Source of the DNA: Lachnospiraceae bacterium
GTDB taxonomy: Bacteria > Bacillota > Clostridia > Lachnospirales > Lachnospiraceae
NCBI GenBank assembly: GCA_031555935.1
Contig: JAVBTX010000023.1
Location: forward strand, 370-64,369
Direction of reading: 5' to 3'
Length of the DNA stretch: 64,000 nucleotides
A model generated the notes under the pieces. That model did no database searches and was not told the origin of the DNA. It saw only the letters and a list, made by a program, of their open reading frames with translations. Shown here piece after piece: positions 6,721-19,021 of this stretch; the first letter of the stretch is position 1, and each line of letters opens with the position of its first letter. A program made the translations under genes and the position numbers.

Positions 6721-8619
6721 CTAATATTCAAACACCGCAACCCCATAAGCTGGCAACGGATACTCAAACGAATACGGTCTGCCATCACACTCAGATTCAA
6801 CAGCGGTATAACTTAATGGCCGCACTTCTCCACTGCCGCCAAACTTGGCATCATCATTATTCAGCACCAATTTGTATTTTTTCTTCTTCGGTACCCCAAC
6901 GCGATAATCTTCCCGTTCCACCGGCGTAAAATTAATCACAAACAGCATGTTATTCTTGCCGTCCTTGGATTTACGGATAAAGCTAAAAATACTGCGTTCT
7001 GCATCATTTGCATTAATCCACTCAAAGCCTTCCCAGCTATGGTCTAGCTCATACATCGATGGATTCTTTTTATATATCTGTAACAATGCCTTTACAAATT
7101 CATGCATCTGCTTATGGTACGGTTGCTCTAACAAGTACCAGTCAATTTCATGTTCCTCACTCCACTCTCGTTCCTGACCGAAATCCTGTCCCATAAACAG
7201 TAACTTCTTGCCCGGATGCCCCATCATAAATGCATAACCAGCCATCAGATTTAAGAATTTATCACGCCCTTCACCTGGCATTTTATTTAACATGGAGCAT
7301 TTTAAATGAACCACTTCGTCATGCGATAGGACCAGAATATAACGCTCGCTGCCATTGTAACTCATTGCAAAGGTCATTTTATGATGGTTGTTCTTACGGA
7401 AATATGGGTCTAACTTCATATAATCAAGAAAATCATGCATCCAGCCCATGTTCCATTTCAAGCTGAAATTCAATCCTCCATCTTTCGCTTCACCCGTTAC
7501 CATCGGCCATGCCGTTGATTCTTCGGCAATCATGTAGGTTCCATGATTTCGCCCGGTTATTAGGGTGTTGATATGACGGAAAAATTCGATTACTTCAAGG
7601 TTCTTATTTTCGCCATATTGATTGGCTATCCACTGACCATCATCTTTGCCATAATCGAGGTACAGCATCGAAGCCACAGCATCTACGCGAAGACCATCAA
7701 TATGATAATGTTCGATAAAAATTAACGCACTGCCAATTAGGAAGTTCTTTACTTCGGCACGTCCGTAATCAAAAATCTTGGTTCCCCAGTCAGGATGCTC
7801 GCCCTTTCGTGGGTCACTGTATTCATACAACGGTTGTCCGTCGAAATCAGCTAATCCGTGGGCATCACGCGGAAAATGTGCTGGTACCCAATCAAGTATT
7901 ACACCGATATTGTTCTTGTGAAGATGGTTGATAAAATATGCAAAGTCCTCCGGCGTTCCATAACGAGCCGTCGGTGCCATATAGCCAGTCACCTGATAAC
8001 CCCAGGAGCCATCAAATGGATACTCCAAGATACCCATCAACTCAACATGTGTATAACCCATTTCTTTGACGTATTTTGCCAATGCTTCGGCAAGCTCACG
8101 GTAACTGTAAAAGCCTTCGCCCTCTCGCCCCGGATGACGCATCCAAGAACCAACATGCACTTCGTAAATTGCCATTGGTCTGGCATAGAGTTCTTTCGTT
8201 TCCTGACGTTTTTTCATCCAGGTATTGTCGGTCCATTTGATTTTTGATATATCATATATTTTTGATGCCGTTCCCGGACGGATTTCTGCGTAGCTTGCAT
8301 ATGGGTCTGCCTTATACAGCTTATCACCTTCTGGCGTTTCAATCAGATATTTATATAAATCGCCTTCTGCTGCTTCTGGTATGAAAAGTTCGTAGATACC
8401 AGTCTCGATTGGTTCTAACCGCTCCATCTCATGCTGTGTCTCATCCCAGCCATTAAATGTTCCGATTACCGACACCTTTTTTGCATGTGGTGCCCAGACA
8501 TCAAACATCACTCCTGGCTTTCCCTTCACTGTTGTCGGATGAGCACCAAATTTCTTATAAATATCATAGTGTGTTCCCTGTCCAAACAGGTACATATCCA
8601 GCTCTGTAAAATTTCCCAT
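6721..8619 (-). CDS. glgB: 1,4-alpha-glucan branching enzyme
   Basis: GH13 motifs IYEVHVGSW, GSWGYQ, LDWVPAHF, DGLRVDAVASM, AEESTAWP, LSHDEVVH. Confidence 0.97.
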   Translation of the reverse strand: MGNFTELDMYLFGQGTHYDIYKKFGAHPTTVKGKPGVMFDVWAPHAKKVSVIGTFNGWDETQHEMERLEPIETGIYELFIPEAAEGDLYKYLIETPEGDKLYKADPYASYAEIRPGTASKIYDISKIKWTDNTWMKKRQETKELYARPMAIYEVHVGSWMRHPGREGEGFYSYRELAEALAKYVKEMGYTHVELMGILEYPFDGSWGYQVTGYMAPTARYGTPEDFAYFINHLHKNNIGVILDWVPAHFPRDAHGLADFDGQPLYEYSDPRKGEHPDWGTKIFDYGRAEVKNFLIGSALIFIEHYHIDGLRVDAVASMLYLDYGKDDGQWIANQYGENKNLEVIEFFRHINTLITGRNHGTYMIAEESTAWPMVTGEAKDGGLNFSLKWNMGWMHDFLDYMKLDPYFRKNNHHKMTFAMSYNGSERYILVLSHDEVVHLKCSMLNKMPGEGRDKFLNLMAGYAFMMGHPGKKLLFMGQDFGQEREWSEEHEIDWYLLEQPYHKQMHEFVKALLQIYKKNPSMYELDHSWEGFEWINANDAERSIFSFIRKSKDGKNNMLFVINFTPVEREDYRVGVPKKKKYKLVLNNDDAKFGGSGEVRPLSYTAVESECDGRPYSFEYPLPAYGVAVFEY

Positions 8620-8637
8620 ACGTCTAACCTCTCTTGA

Positions 8638-11139
8638 TTATTCTTCGAAATCCTTTTCTTGGAGGATGTCATAATCGTTCTCTTTATTTTTTTTGGATGC
8701 AAATATTCCAAATGCTTTTTTCATGCTAAACTTCTCCGCACTGGCAATAGCATCATCCACAATTTCCTTTACCTCTGTTAGCGTAGTCGCTTGATCTAGC
8801 TTCTGAATGTTACTGATACGGTTATACAAGGCCAGGATTGCCATATCACCAATTTCATATAACATCTCATTTGCATAGGATTTTGCAAATTCCACTAATT
8901 CATCACTGGTAAATACCGGAAGATTTATTTTCTCGGTAAATTTTCTAGCGAAAGATTCGTCTCGTCCTAACGCCTTTGTGATACCTGCTTTGGTATCTTC
9001 CATAATAACCAATAACCCATTTGTTGGCGCTTCCATCGCTAATGACAGTTTAATTGCCGTCTCTCTGGATAAGTCGCCTGCTTTTTCAATGATGAGACAA
9101 CCACCTTCGATTTTCTTTAGCAAGGACGGAATCTCCTTGGTATTTAAAGACGCTGCTTCGATTTTACCAACTCTGGTACCTGGCTTTCCGATTTCTTCCT
9201 GTAGCGCCTTAATAATGCTAGTTGCCAGTACCGTCTTACCGCTTCCTCTGACACCTTGAATGATAATGTTACCGGTTGCCGAATTGGTCGCGTTTTTCAA
9301 GTGTGCCGTCGCCCCGGTCAGCATTTGACATAGCTGTTCTTCCATGCCGGTAACTGGGGTGAAATAGCTAAATATTTCTTTTTGTCTAGCAGTGAACTGG
9401 GTAATTGGTGCCTCTTTTAAGATTGCTTCTGCTTCAAACTCCGGCATCGCAATCTTTGGCAGGGTATGGCCCGTTACCGCCCCAGCTTGTGGCTGGTCAT
9501 GATGTGGCATTTCTGCAAGCTTTGACATATCCAGTGTGTCTGAGACCACCTTCGTACCGGCTAACTCTGAAGCTTCCATTGCAAGTGCGTCCTCTGCTAT
9601 GTCAACCTCCGGCAAGATTTCTGGTATGATGTCAGCGAGCGGCTCTGTTATCGTCTCAGCTACCTGCATCATTTCTTCCGGCATAATTCCCGCTTCGGCT
9701 GCCTGCATCAACTCTTCCGGTAAGATTCCCGCCTGTAAAAATTCATCAATGCCATCATTTACTTTGCTCAGCTCGTCTATTTGCTGCTGCAAAATGTCAT
9801 TCATATCAGCCATAAGCTGTCCGGCTTCGTCCTCAGGGTGATACTGTGTCATCATATCAGCAATCTGGGTGCTGTCCATCTCCGCTGCTTTGCCAAGGTA
9901 TTCCTGCTCGAGCAAATCCTTCGGTGTCATACCGGCATCTAACTGGGGAATTACCGTCGTTAAACGATCCATGATATCGCCCGCCTGTGCCAATGCTTTG
10001 ACTTTGGCTGACTCTAATTTTCTCTGCTGGGCTTCTTGCAAGGCTGCTTCCGCCGCCCGTTTGGTGCGTTCCCATTCCTCGAGAATATCTTCTATATTCA
10101 TCTGCCCGGTAATCTGTTTTTCTAATGCGATGTGATCTGGAACCATCAGGCTAATCTGTCCGTCACGGTCCTCAGCTAGCATTTCCTGAAAATTTATCTT
10201 GAGCGAGCCGTCGATTTCTTCGTCGGTCTCGATATGCTGTCCGTACTTTTCTTCCAGCTCCTGAGCAATTTCCTGCTCATCCTTGGTCATCTGCAAATAT
10301 GGTATCTCTTCCACAATTTTCTTGATATTTTCCATTGTAACAGTTACCGTTGATTTTTCAGTTGCATCGATAATCTGCTGCATACTCTTGGCGAGTTCCT
10401 GTTGCAGATTGACGGTGTTGAACCGACTGGCATTGGTGGTCACTGGGGGAATATGGACTGTTTCCTTAACAATTTCTCCTGATTCTAAGTTATCGGTTGG
10501 TCGAACCTCTACGATTCCATCCCGTCGCTGTTTGAAAATCCGATATTTTTCTTCCTGCATTTTATTTAACGGCTGGTAAAGCATCTTTAATTCTAATGCC
10601 TTCTCAACATATGGACCATCACCGAACCATAGGATTAGCTCGTCACAAGCATTGATACAAGCTTCACTATGACCGATTTTATGATAGAGATATGCTAGTT
10701 CAAAAGCCCATTTCTCGGTATACTCCTGCTCTTTTAGTTCTTCTAATATGCCAATCAGCACCTCGGTATCTGAGCCTTTGGCGCGATTGATTTCATAGCG
10801 TAGAATGTATTTTAAGTTATCATGAGGCGCAATTTCAACAAATTCTTCGTAATATTCCTGTGCTTCTTCAAAATTTTTGGTTTTTATTGATATTTCTGCC
10901 AATCTAAAAATTATCATTCTACCGATTGGCGAACGGTCATATGCCATCAGAAGTATTTCTTTTCCTTCGTCATACCGTTCCACCTTCGCATATATTTCGC
11001 CAGCCTTTACTAGTGAATTTATATTCCGTACTTTCCGCCAATTTATGGTTTCTACTATGGCGGCCGCTTCTTCATATTTTTTTTCACTGGCTAAGCTTTT
11101 TATCTCGTCTAATTTTAATTTGTATTCATATTTATCCAA
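8638..11139 (-). CDS. TPR-repeat protein with acidic linker and C-terminal AAA-like domain
   Basis: N-terminal helical TPR-like repeats; Walker A GVRGSGKT; degenerate Walker B CLIIEKA. Confidence 0.75.
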   Translation of the reverse strand: MDKYEYKLKLDEIKSLASEKKYEEAAAIVETINWRKVRNINSLVKAGEIYAKVERYDEGKEILLMAYDRSPIGRMIIFRLAEISIKTKNFEEAQEYYEEFVEIAPHDNLKYILRYEINRAKGSDTEVLIGILEELKEQEYTEKWAFELAYLYHKIGHSEACINACDELILWFGDGPYVEKALELKMLYQPLNKMQEEKYRIFKQRRDGIVEVRPTDNLESGEIVKETVHIPPVTTNASRFNTVNLQQELAKSMQQIIDATEKSTVTVTMENIKKIVEEIPYLQMTKDEQEIAQELEEKYGQHIETDEEIDGSLKINFQEMLAEDRDGQISLMVPDHIALEKQITGQMNIEDILEEWERTKRAAEAALQEAQQRKLESAKVKALAQAGDIMDRLTTVIPQLDAGMTPKDLLEQEYLGKAAEMDSTQIADMMTQYHPEDEAGQLMADMNDILQQQIDELSKVNDGIDEFLQAGILPEELMQAAEAGIMPEEMMQVAETITEPLADIIPEILPEVDIAEDALAMEASELAGTKVVSDTLDMSKLAEMPHHDQPQAGAVTGHTLPKIAMPEFEAEAILKEAPITQFTARQKEIFSYFTPVTGMEEQLCQMLTGATAHLKNATNSATGNIIIQGVRGSGKTVLATSIIKALQEEIGKPGTRVGKIEAASLNTKEIPSLLKKIEGGCLIIEKAGDLSRETAIKLSLAMEAPTNGLLVIMEDTKAGITKALGRDESFARKFTEKINLPVFTSDELVEFAKSYANEMLYEIGDMAILALYNRISNIQKLDQATTLTEVKEIVDDAIASAEKFSMKKAFGIFASKKNKENDYDILQEKDFEE

Positions 11140-11292
11140 AATATGTCACCTCAAAAACTTTTATCTGGTATAAAGTGTATAGTTGTCCTAATTATTGTCT
11201 TAGTTTACCACAAGGCTTCTATACTGTCAAAAAAAATGTATTGTGTAACAACTAGATTTTCCATCTTTTTTGCTACACAATACAACATTTTG

Positions 11293-12627
11293 TTATTTAC
11301 TCGTTTTTTCTTCTTTTGCTACAACGGTTTGTTCTTTGGTGTATATAACGTCATTTGTGATTCGGTCGATGTGTTTGACATCGGTATATTCTTCGGTCTG
11401 CTGTGGCAAATTTTTCCTTCCCAGTGCATAGCTGACCAGCTTCGATATGATGTAGTATATTACGGCAAATACCGGCACACCTAGCAACATTCCGGCAAAT
11501 CCAAACAATCCGCCGCCGACTAGTATTGAAAAGAGCACCCAGAAGGAGGACAATCCGGTGGAGTCACCTAATATCTTCGGTCCGATGATATTTCCATCAA
11601 TCTGCTGCAATATAATGATAAAGATTAAGAAATATAAGCCATGTATCGGACTTGCCAAAGTAATGATAATGATACTTGGTATCGCGCCAATAAATGGGCC
11701 GAAAAAAGGAATAACATTTGTAAATCCGACGATTACCGATACTAAGGTTGCGTAAGGCATTTTTATAATCAGCAGGACGATGTAACACAGGACTCCGATG
11801 ATGGCTGAATCAACAATTTTTCCGGTAATGAATCCCCCAAATATATCGTTGCTTTTACGTATTGTATGAATAATTACATTTGCACTTCGGGTTGAAAACA
11901 TTGCATAGATAATTTTCTTTGCCTGACCGGTAAATTTCTCTTTGCTCATCAGGACATAAACGGCTACGATTAATCCAATCAGGACATTGAGCAGTCCTTT
12001 GACGATGCTAATCACCCCTGATGTCAGCTCTGCGACATAGGTCTGGATATCCGGTAAAACACTCGTCTTAAACCAATTTTCCAGATAGTCCGTTCCATTT
12101 ATAATGGCTTCTTCTAACATCAGTGCCCATTTGCTGTCACCACGAACAAACTCATTAATCCATTCTACTAAACGATCCACTTGTTCTGGCATGTTGGTAA
12201 CCATTCCGGTAATACTTTTTATTAGCTGCGGCACCAGCATTTCGATTAAAAGGAATATGATTAGCACAAAGAACACTAAGGCTCCCGCCGTTCCCACACT
12301 GCGGCAGAACTTCTTCCTTTTTGCCGCCTTCGGCATCTTTTTCTCTAATGCTTTATCTAAGTGACTTTCAATCCATTTCATAATTGGATTGATGATATAA
12401 GCGATTACCAGTCCCATGCTAATTGGCTGTAATACTCGCATCAGCTTATCCCAAGCTAATTTTACGCCATCAAACCGCAGAATAAAGAAAAATACCGCGA
12501 TGCATAGGCAGAATACGATAAATGTCAGTAACGCCACCGCCAAATATGGTTTTATATTCCAATTGGCTTTTTCTTTCTTGGTCTTCACTTTCAACGGATC
12601 ATAGGAACTATATTCTTTGTCGTCCAT
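11293..12627 (-). CDS. AI-2E family transporter
   Basis: Multiple TM helices; NVIPFFGPFIG, QQIDGNIIGPKILG, GMLLGVP. Confidence 0.9.
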   Translation of the reverse strand: MDDKEYSSYDPLKVKTKKEKANWNIKPYLAVALLTFIVFCLCIAVFFFILRFDGVKLAWDKLMRVLQPISMGLVIAYIINPIMKWIESHLDKALEKKMPKAAKRKKFCRSVGTAGALVFFVLIIFLLIEMLVPQLIKSITGMVTNMPEQVDRLVEWINEFVRGDSKWALMLEEAIINGTDYLENWFKTSVLPDIQTYVAELTSGVISIVKGLLNVLIGLIVAVYVLMSKEKFTGQAKKIIYAMFSTRSANVIIHTIRKSNDIFGGFITGKIVDSAIIGVLCYIVLLIIKMPYATLVSVIVGFTNVIPFFGPFIGAIPSIIIITLASPIHGLYFLIFIIILQQIDGNIIGPKILGDSTGLSSFWVLFSILVGGGLFGFAGMLLGVPVFAVIYYIISKLVSYALGRKNLPQQTEEYTDVKHIDRITNDVIYTKEQTVVAKEEKTSK

Positions 12628-12681
12628 CTTTCCCTCCTTACAAAACTAGGCGGGCTTATGATAAGCACCGCCAATTTGTTT

Positions 12682-14967
12682 TTATTTTCTATTATAGTTA
12701 ATCAAGCAGCCTTTTAAAATAATTTCGCGTTCTTCTTCGGTCAATTCGCCGAGTGACATCGTAAATTCTTTTAACGCCCCATCTTTTACTACGTATGCTG
12801 GAATCGAATCTGCTTTCTCTTCCACCGCTTTACGAACTCCTGGTATAAATAGGTAGTCACCATTTGCAAATGGGAGGTCACCTTTTTCAATCAAAAATGG
12901 CAGCATGCCCCAGTTGATTAGGTTAGAACGATAACGCTTGGTTGCATATTCGTTGGCAATGTTTGCCCATCCGCCAAGCACCTTCTGACAAGAGGCTGCC
13001 TGCTCACGAGCGGAACCATCGCCCGGCTTCACTGCAAAAATGGTACTGCCGATGCCGATATTGTTACGGTTTACATCTGGGAACTTGGTTTTTACCACAT
13101 CCATAAAGCCTTTGATTTCCGGCAATTCTTCACATGGGTGTCCGCCTTCGATTCTCGCAGTCTCTGCTTTTTGTACTTCTTTTGCTCGGCCGACATATGC
13201 TGGGTCTTTTCTTGATAAGGTAAACTCTGCTAATCCAAGTGGATTGGAACGGTATGATGAGGTTTCGCCGGATGGAATCAGCTCGTCGGTGGTTGTTACC
13301 GGATCATGTATCTCACATACTACTTTTAATACCAGATTCTCTGTCAATGCACTCATCTTTGGCCAGTCTTTGATGTTTGGTCCAAACTGAATCTCGACGG
13401 AATCATCTGCTACACCCTTGCTATCAAAAACACGGTTCTCGTAGATGGTCTTATCAAAGAAGTATTTTGGTTTGCTATAATTTGCATCAATATCGGTTGC
13501 TGCTGTTAAATATCCTTTGTTGGCTGCTGTTGCTGCAATCGAACGCGCATCCATTAAAGCTACCGATGATATCTGTCCGTCCTGTACCTTTGAACCTTCA
13601 CGATTCGGGAAGTTTCTGGTGGAATGACGAATGGAAAATGCGTTGTTGGCCGGTGTATCACCTGCACCAAAGCATGGTCCACAGAATGCTGTTTTTATAA
13701 TTGCACCCGTCTGCATTAATTTTGCTACTGCGCCATTTTTTACTAATTCCATATAGATTGGGGTACTAGCCGGGTACACGCTTAAGGTAAACTCGTCTGG
13801 TCCGATGCTGGTTCCATTTAAAATATCGGCTGCATCACAGATGTTTTCAAATCCACCGCCGGCACAACCAGCAATAATTCCCTGGTCAACATATAATCTG
13901 CCATTACGCACTTTGGATTTTAAATCGAGGTCGGCTTTTCCGTCAAAGCTTACCTGTGCTTTTTTCTCACAATCATCCAAGATGTCCATTAAATTTGCAT
14001 TTAACTCGTCAATGGTATAGGTGTTGCTTGGATGAAACGGCATTGCTATCATTGGCTTTATCTGGCTTAAGTCAATTTCAATTAAGCCGTCATAATACGT
14101 TACTTTGCCTGGCTCTAATGCCTTGTACTCTTCGACGCGGCCATGAATATCATAGAATTCACGGACAGCATCATCGGTCCTCCAGATCGATGATAAACAA
14201 GTCGTCTCGGTGGTCATTACATCCACGCCGATACGATAATCTACACTCATGTTAGATACGCCTGGTCCGACAAATTCCATTACTTTATTTTTTACATAAC
14301 CATTGGCAAATACTTCACCGATAATTGCCAGCGCGATATCCTGTGGGCCGACACCCTTCTGTGGCGTTCCGGTCATATATACACCAACTACGCCTGGCAT
14401 ATTGATATCATAAGTCTGCTCTAATAACTGTTTTACTAATTCCGGTCCGCCTTCGCCCATTGCCATCGTGCCAAGTGCGCCGTAACGAGTATGGGAATCA
14501 GAACCAAGTAACATTTTTCCGCCGCCAGCTAACATTTCTCTGGCAAACTGATGAATTACCGCCTGATGTGGTGGTACATAAACACCGCCATATTTTTTTG
14601 CGCAGGTCAGTCCAAACATGTGGTCATCTTCATTAATGGTTCCGCCAACCGCACATAAGCTGTTATGGCAGTTTGTCAGAACATATGGGATCGGAAATTT
14701 TTCTAATCCGGATGCTCTGGCGGTCTGAATAATGCCGACAAAGGTGATATCATGGGAGGTTAATTTATCAAATTTAACTTTTAACTTGTCCATGTTTCCT
14801 GATGTATTATGCTCTTTTAATATTCCATAAGCAATGGTGTTTTTTGCTGCTTCTTCTTTAGTTACAGCCTCTCCCGTCAAGCTTTTTACTGCTTCGGCGG
14901 CACCCATATTATCTTCAACAATCTGATTGCCATTTACTAAATATACGCCTGTTTCATACAGTTTCAT
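12682..14967 (-). CDS. Aconitase-family hydratase (YbhJ-like)
   Basis: [56 protein letters not shown]. Confidence 0.9.
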   Translation of the reverse strand: MKLYETGVYLVNGNQIVEDNMGAAEAVKSLTGEAVTKEEAAKNTIAYGILKEHNTSGNMDKLKVKFDKLTSHDITFVGIIQTARASGLEKFPIPYVLTNCHNSLCAVGGTINEDDHMFGLTCAKKYGGVYVPPHQAVIHQFAREMLAGGGKMLLGSDSHTRYGALGTMAMGEGGPELVKQLLEQTYDINMPGVVGVYMTGTPQKGVGPQDIALAIIGEVFANGYVKNKVMEFVGPGVSNMSVDYRIGVDVMTTETTCLSSIWRTDDAVREFYDIHGRVEEYKALEPGKVTYYDGLIEIDLSQIKPMIAMPFHPSNTYTIDELNANLMDILDDCEKKAQVSFDGKADLDLKSKVRNGRLYVDQGIIAGCAGGGFENICDAADILNGTSIGPDEFTLSVYPASTPIYMELVKNGAVAKLMQTGAIIKTAFCGPCFGAGDTPANNAFSIRHSTRNFPNREGSKVQDGQISSVALMDARSIAATAANKGYLTAATDIDANYSKPKYFFDKTIYENRVFDSKGVADDSVEIQFGPNIKDWPKMSALTENLVLKVVCEIHDPVTTTDELIPSGETSSYRSNPLGLAEFTLSRKDPAYVGRAKEVQKAETARIEGGHPCEELPEIKGFMDVVKTKFPDVNRNNIGIGSTIFAVKPGDGSAREQAASCQKVLGGWANIANEYATKRYRSNLINWGMLPFLIEKGDLPFANGDYLFIPGVRKAVEEKADSIPAYVVKDGALKEFTMSLGELTEEEREIILKGCLINYNRK

Positions 14968-15017
14968 TTCTATTCCTCCTACCAGCTTTTCTAATTGTTC
15001 ATTATATAGGTAGTATT

Positions 15018-17492
15018 TTAAAAAATCAAGTCTTGCTCGGATGTTTTATTTACCAGCGGGAAGGTTATTGTTGCAGTGAACAGGTCGCCGTCTAGCTCGA
15101 TATCAAATTTACCATCCATCATCGTCGTGAGGTTTCTCGCAATTGATAAGCCAAGTCCGCTTCCTTCTGTGGTTCTCGCCTCATCACCACGAATAAAACG
15201 TTCGGTTAAATCTACCGAATCAACGTTTAATAGCTGCTCGGAGATATTTTTTATGGAGAAGCTTACTTCCTCTCGGGTCATTTCCACGGTTACATACACT
15301 CGGGTATTCGACATGGCATATTTTGCCACATTATTATAGAGGTTTTCTACGACCCGCCAGATTCTTCTGCCATCTGCTAAGATGATTGCCGTTTCTTTGG
15401 GCAGCTTGGTGATTGTGGTTAACCCCTTGGCTTCGAATTTTTCATTGAACTCTCCACCAGTCTGATAGATTAACTCGACTAGATTGATTTCCGTCATCTG
15501 CAGGGTAATGTTTCCCGAGCTAATACGTGATGCCTCAACCAAATCTTCGGTTAGCTGCCGCAACCGCTGCGATTTTTCATCTAGGATGTGAATGTAATCG
15601 CGAGTTCGTTTGTCTTGGATTTTCTCCGCCTTTAATAAGTTTACATAATTTATTATTGAGGTTAGCGGAGTTTTGATATCATGTGATACATTGGTAATTA
15701 AATCCGCTTTCATTCGCTCATTTTTCGTGCTTTCATCAACCGCATTACGCAATCCATCGCCAATCCGGTTTACTGCTTCCGCCAGTTCTCGTTTATCGCC
15801 GTGGAGATTATCTAGTGGCAGCTTATAGGCCAAATCTCCATTGGTTATTTTCTCGATGCCATCCATGATTTCCTGCTGCTGCACGACCGTTCTTAGGTAG
15901 TTGATTCCGACGGCAACAATTAATATCAGGAGAATTGCTATTGCCAATATGCTTTTTTGTGAAAATGCTTCATAGCCCAGAAATAGGAATGCTGTTACGC
16001 TGATAATAAATAGCAAAATCACGCGAATGGAGCTTTTCCAAGTTCGTGCGACCCGCTTCGTGCTTCTTAATATCCAATACATCAAACTGTATTCCCATAG
16101 CTTGCCTGCTTTTACCCGACGAATCATGCTTAGGTAAAATATCAAAAAGACAATATCGATGACAAATGCACTGACCCCCGTCATGATTAGCATTCCCGGA
16201 ATGTCCCAGTCACCCCTTGCAACCCCAAATGAGATGGTGATAAAGAGTACCGTGAGTAATACGAACATGCCAAAAAACAACTCCGTTTTGATCCGGTCTA
16301 ATAAATTTAAATGGATTTCTTCGTCATCGGTGGTTCGTCCGGTCACGGTCGTTAAATACATCAAGGCGATTACCCAGCCAAACAAGCTGACCACTACAGC
16401 GACAATGCTTCTCATCATCCACGGATGTAGGATATCAAATTCCTTCTTGGCACTCTGGAAATCATCATCATAGGATAACCCCGTATCCACGGCAATCATC
16501 AATCGCGTTCCACTGCCTATCCCAGATAAGACTTCATCGAGGTGTTCAAAATAATATTGCTCCATGCCATTCACGTTCGTGCGGAATTTTAAGTCTTCTC
16601 CGTTATAATATAGATAACTTCCTTGTGCTCTGGCATATGCCAATAGGTCTTCTTCGATTTTAAAGTTTGAATAGACCATGTCGCCATTCTCACCATAGGC
16701 ATAGGTTAGATTTGTTTCTTCTTTTTGAAACTCATTCATGCCCTTTTTATATGCTGTTTCTTCTGCACCAATGACGGACAGTGTCGTTTCAAGGGCCCGA
16801 TATAGGTTTACCGCCTGCTCTTGCGTAATCTCGTTAGCGGTCTTGGCTTGCGCAATACTAATTCCTCCAATTGGCAAATATTCTTCATCCAATACCCCAT
16901 TTGGTGTTTTACTATACCCTGCTTTCGACCAACTGATTAAATCACTTAATACATAATGTGACATCATGATCAAAACTCGGTCCTTTTCTTTCTGCTCCTG
17001 CTGCCGCTTATACTCTTTCTCGATTTCCTCGGGTGACATTGTTTCTTCATCTAATGCTGTACCTTCAGTGTCTGCTTCGCTATCTTGTGAGACGTCCTCT
17101 TTTGCTTCAACTACGCCTTCCGTATAAACATACACATTCTCTGCTTCTGACATCGTGAAATTCTGCGTTTGATTCTCCGTCCGCTCTGTTAGGGTATTCC
17201 CCTGTGAATACTGTAATACATTAATTATCTTCTGGGACTCATATTCGCCAGCTATTTCGAATTTATTACGTAGCTTTAGAAAACTGATTAAATCATCCGT
17301 CTTTTTCTGGAATAGCTCACTATAACAGTCGGAATCCATAAACTGGGTATTGCTCACATCAGTCGTATCAAGCATGTTTTTCTGAATTAGCGCACTAAGC
17401 AGAAACACTGACATTACGAATATAACTGTCAGTGTTATCTGCATAACGAGTCCTATGTTTTTAAAAATCGGGGCATATTGCCTGTTCTTCAT
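15018..17492 (-). CDS. Membrane sensor histidine kinase (HAMP-HisKA-HATPase)
   Basis: [14 protein letters not shown] box [10 protein letters not shown] box GSGLGLSIA. Confidence 0.95.
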   Translation of the reverse strand: MKNRQYAPIFKNIGLVMQITLTVIFVMSVFLLSALIQKNMLDTTDVSNTQFMDSDCYSELFQKKTDDLISFLKLRNKFEIAGEYESQKIINVLQYSQGNTLTERTENQTQNFTMSEAENVYVYTEGVVEAKEDVSQDSEADTEGTALDEETMSPEEIEKEYKRQQEQKEKDRVLIMMSHYVLSDLISWSKAGYSKTPNGVLDEEYLPIGGISIAQAKTANEITQEQAVNLYRALETTLSVIGAEETAYKKGMNEFQKEETNLTYAYGENGDMVYSNFKIEEDLLAYARAQGSYLYYNGEDLKFRTNVNGMEQYYFEHLDEVLSGIGSGTRLMIAVDTGLSYDDDFQSAKKEFDILHPWMMRSIVAVVVSLFGWVIALMYLTTVTGRTTDDEEIHLNLLDRIKTELFFGMFVLLTVLFITISFGVARGDWDIPGMLIMTGVSAFVIDIVFLIFYLSMIRRVKAGKLWEYSLMYWILRSTKRVARTWKSSIRVILLFIISVTAFLFLGYEAFSQKSILAIAILLILIVAVGINYLRTVVQQQEIMDGIEKITNGDLAYKLPLDNLHGDKRELAEAVNRIGDGLRNAVDESTKNERMKADLITNVSHDIKTPLTSIINYVNLLKAEKIQDKRTRDYIHILDEKSQRLRQLTEDLVEASRISSGNITLQMTEINLVELIYQTGGEFNEKFEAKGLTTITKLPKETAIILADGRRIWRVVENLYNNVAKYAMSNTRVYVTVEMTREEVSFSIKNISEQLLNVDSVDLTERFIRGDEARTTEGSGLGLSIARNLTTMMDGKFDIELDGDLFTATITFPLVNKTSEQDLIF

Positions 17493-17509
17493 GGTCTGTC
17501 GCCTTCCAC

Positions 17510-18208
17510 TTAGGATTTATCCATCTTTTCTATTTTATATCCAACCCCCCATACTACCTTCAAATAGCGTGGCTCCTTTGGGTTTATTTCGATTTTTTCA
17601 CGAATGTGACGAATATGCACGGCTACGGTGTTATCTGCACCAATTGCATCTTCGTTCCAGATATTTTCATAGATTTGGTCGATTGAGAATACTTTTCCTT
17701 GATTCTTTACCAATAATAGCAAGATGTTGTATTCAATCGGGGTTAATTTTACAACATCACCATCCACCGTAACCTCTTTTAAGTCGTCATTTATCATCAA
17801 TCCTCCGACGACATAGACTGCTTGCGTATTCTCCTCGGCATTTCCCAGCTTGGTGTAGCGGCGTAGCTGAGATTTTACCCGGGCCACTAGCTCTAATGGA
17901 TTAAATGGTTTGGTGATATAATCATCGGCACCGATATTTAAGCCCAGTATCTTATCAGAGTCTTCGGATTTTGCGGATAAGATTATAATTGGAATACTGC
18001 TGTCTTCCCGGATTTTCATGGTTGCCCGAATGCCATCTAATTTAGGCATCATGACATCAATTATCAGCAAATGTACTTCATTTTCTTTTAGCATCTGCAA
18101 AGCCTGCTCGCCGTCATATGCTTTTAAAATGTTATAGCCTTCCTGCTGTAAATATATTTCAATTGCCTCAGCAATCTCTTTATCGTCATCACATACTAAT
18201 ATGTTCAT
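17510..18208 (-). CDS. OmpR/PhoB family response regulator
   Basis: ILVCDDD, DVMMP, ADDYITKPF, winged helix VWGVGYK. Confidence 0.96.
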   Translation of the reverse strand: MNILVCDDDKEIAEAIEIYLQQEGYNILKAYDGEQALQMLKENEVHLLIIDVMMPKLDGIRATMKIREDSSIPIIILSAKSEDSDKILGLNIGADDYITKPFNPLELVARVKSQLRRYTKLGNAEENTQAVYVVGGLMINDDLKEVTVDGDVVKLTPIEYNILLLLVKNQGKVFSIDQIYENIWNEDAIGADNTVAVHIRHIREKIEINPKEPRYLKVVWGVGYKIEKMDKS

Positions 18209-18331
18209 TGTTTTTCCTCCGCTTTTTTGATGGCACTAGTATAGCAAATTTTTATTAACTTGGTTTATGGTGTTTCTTAACTTTTCTTTAATTTTTTGCA
18301 CGTGACTTAACTGCGTTTCTTCGGTTGATGG

Positions 18332-18360
18332 TTGACATTATTTTCAACTCACCATAAAAT
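18332..18360 (+). promoter_or_regulatory. sigmaA promoter
   Basis: TTGACA-N17-TAAAAT upstream of 18385. Confidence 0.65.
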
Positions 18361-18384
18361 AGTATTAGGAAAGGATGGTTTCTT

Positions 18385-19011
18385 ATGAAAAAGCATTATG
18401 CCTTTATTCCTCTTAAAGAAAAAGATTTGTCCAATTTTCGCAAATCAATCTTGGCTGGTCTTTCTTTACGCCCGATATTTGCCACTTGCACGCTATTAAT
18501 CCTTGTGCTTATTGGCTTCTTAAATCAAGATTTACTAATTGATAATCCGGCCAGCCTTGTTGTTTTTTCGCTGGCAACGGCAATTGTTATTTATTTGTTG
18601 TTTTTGGAAATACAAAAGCTATTCATCGTTGCACGGCTGCACAAATCTAATTTACTACCGTTTATTCATGTACGCAACTCCGATGATTCGTTTTATATTG
18701 AAGAGCTCAACAATGGTTTTATTATTCAGACCGAGCCAGTCAACCTGACGGATATTTCTTTTTGTATGGACCTTTTGACGGATATGAAAACTCAGTTTAC
18801 CGAGTATGCTCAGCTTGCTGAGTTTTCTCAGCTTACCGATGCGACCAGACTGATGACATATCTTCACTCCTGTATTAACAGCAAGGACGACCGTTTGGTG
18901 AATAAAGCGGTTATCTATATTGAAATTATCAAAAGCCAGTTAGATAAGGGCAATCAGGATATTCTATTGAGTTATGACAAGTTATCAAACTACAAGGACG
19001 AATTGGGCTAG
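18385..19011 (+). CDS. Hypothetical membrane protein
   Basis: RBS AAGGA, promoter, two TM segments; no family recognised. Confidence 0.7.
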   Translation: MKKHYAFIPLKEKDLSNFRKSILAGLSLRPIFATCTLLILVLIGFLNQDLLIDNPASLVVFSLATAIVIYLLFLEIQKLFIVARLHKSNLLPFIHVRNSDDSFYIEELNNGFIIQTEPVNLTDISFCMDLLTDMKTQFTEYAQLAEFSQLTDATRLMTYLHSCINSKDDRLVNKAVIYIEIIKSQLDKGNQDILLSYDKLSNYKDELG

Positions 19012-19021
19012 TACAACTGTA

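Noticed and set aside
9663-9733. 39-bp tandem duplication (AGILPEELMQAAE / AGIMPEEMMQVAE)
   Set aside because: Two-copy in-frame duplication in a low-complexity linker; not a CRISPR or functional array.
18250-18295. TTAA(G)-like direct repeats upstream of the response regulator as an autoregulatory box
   Set aside because: Plausible, but too AT-rich and degenerate to support by eye.
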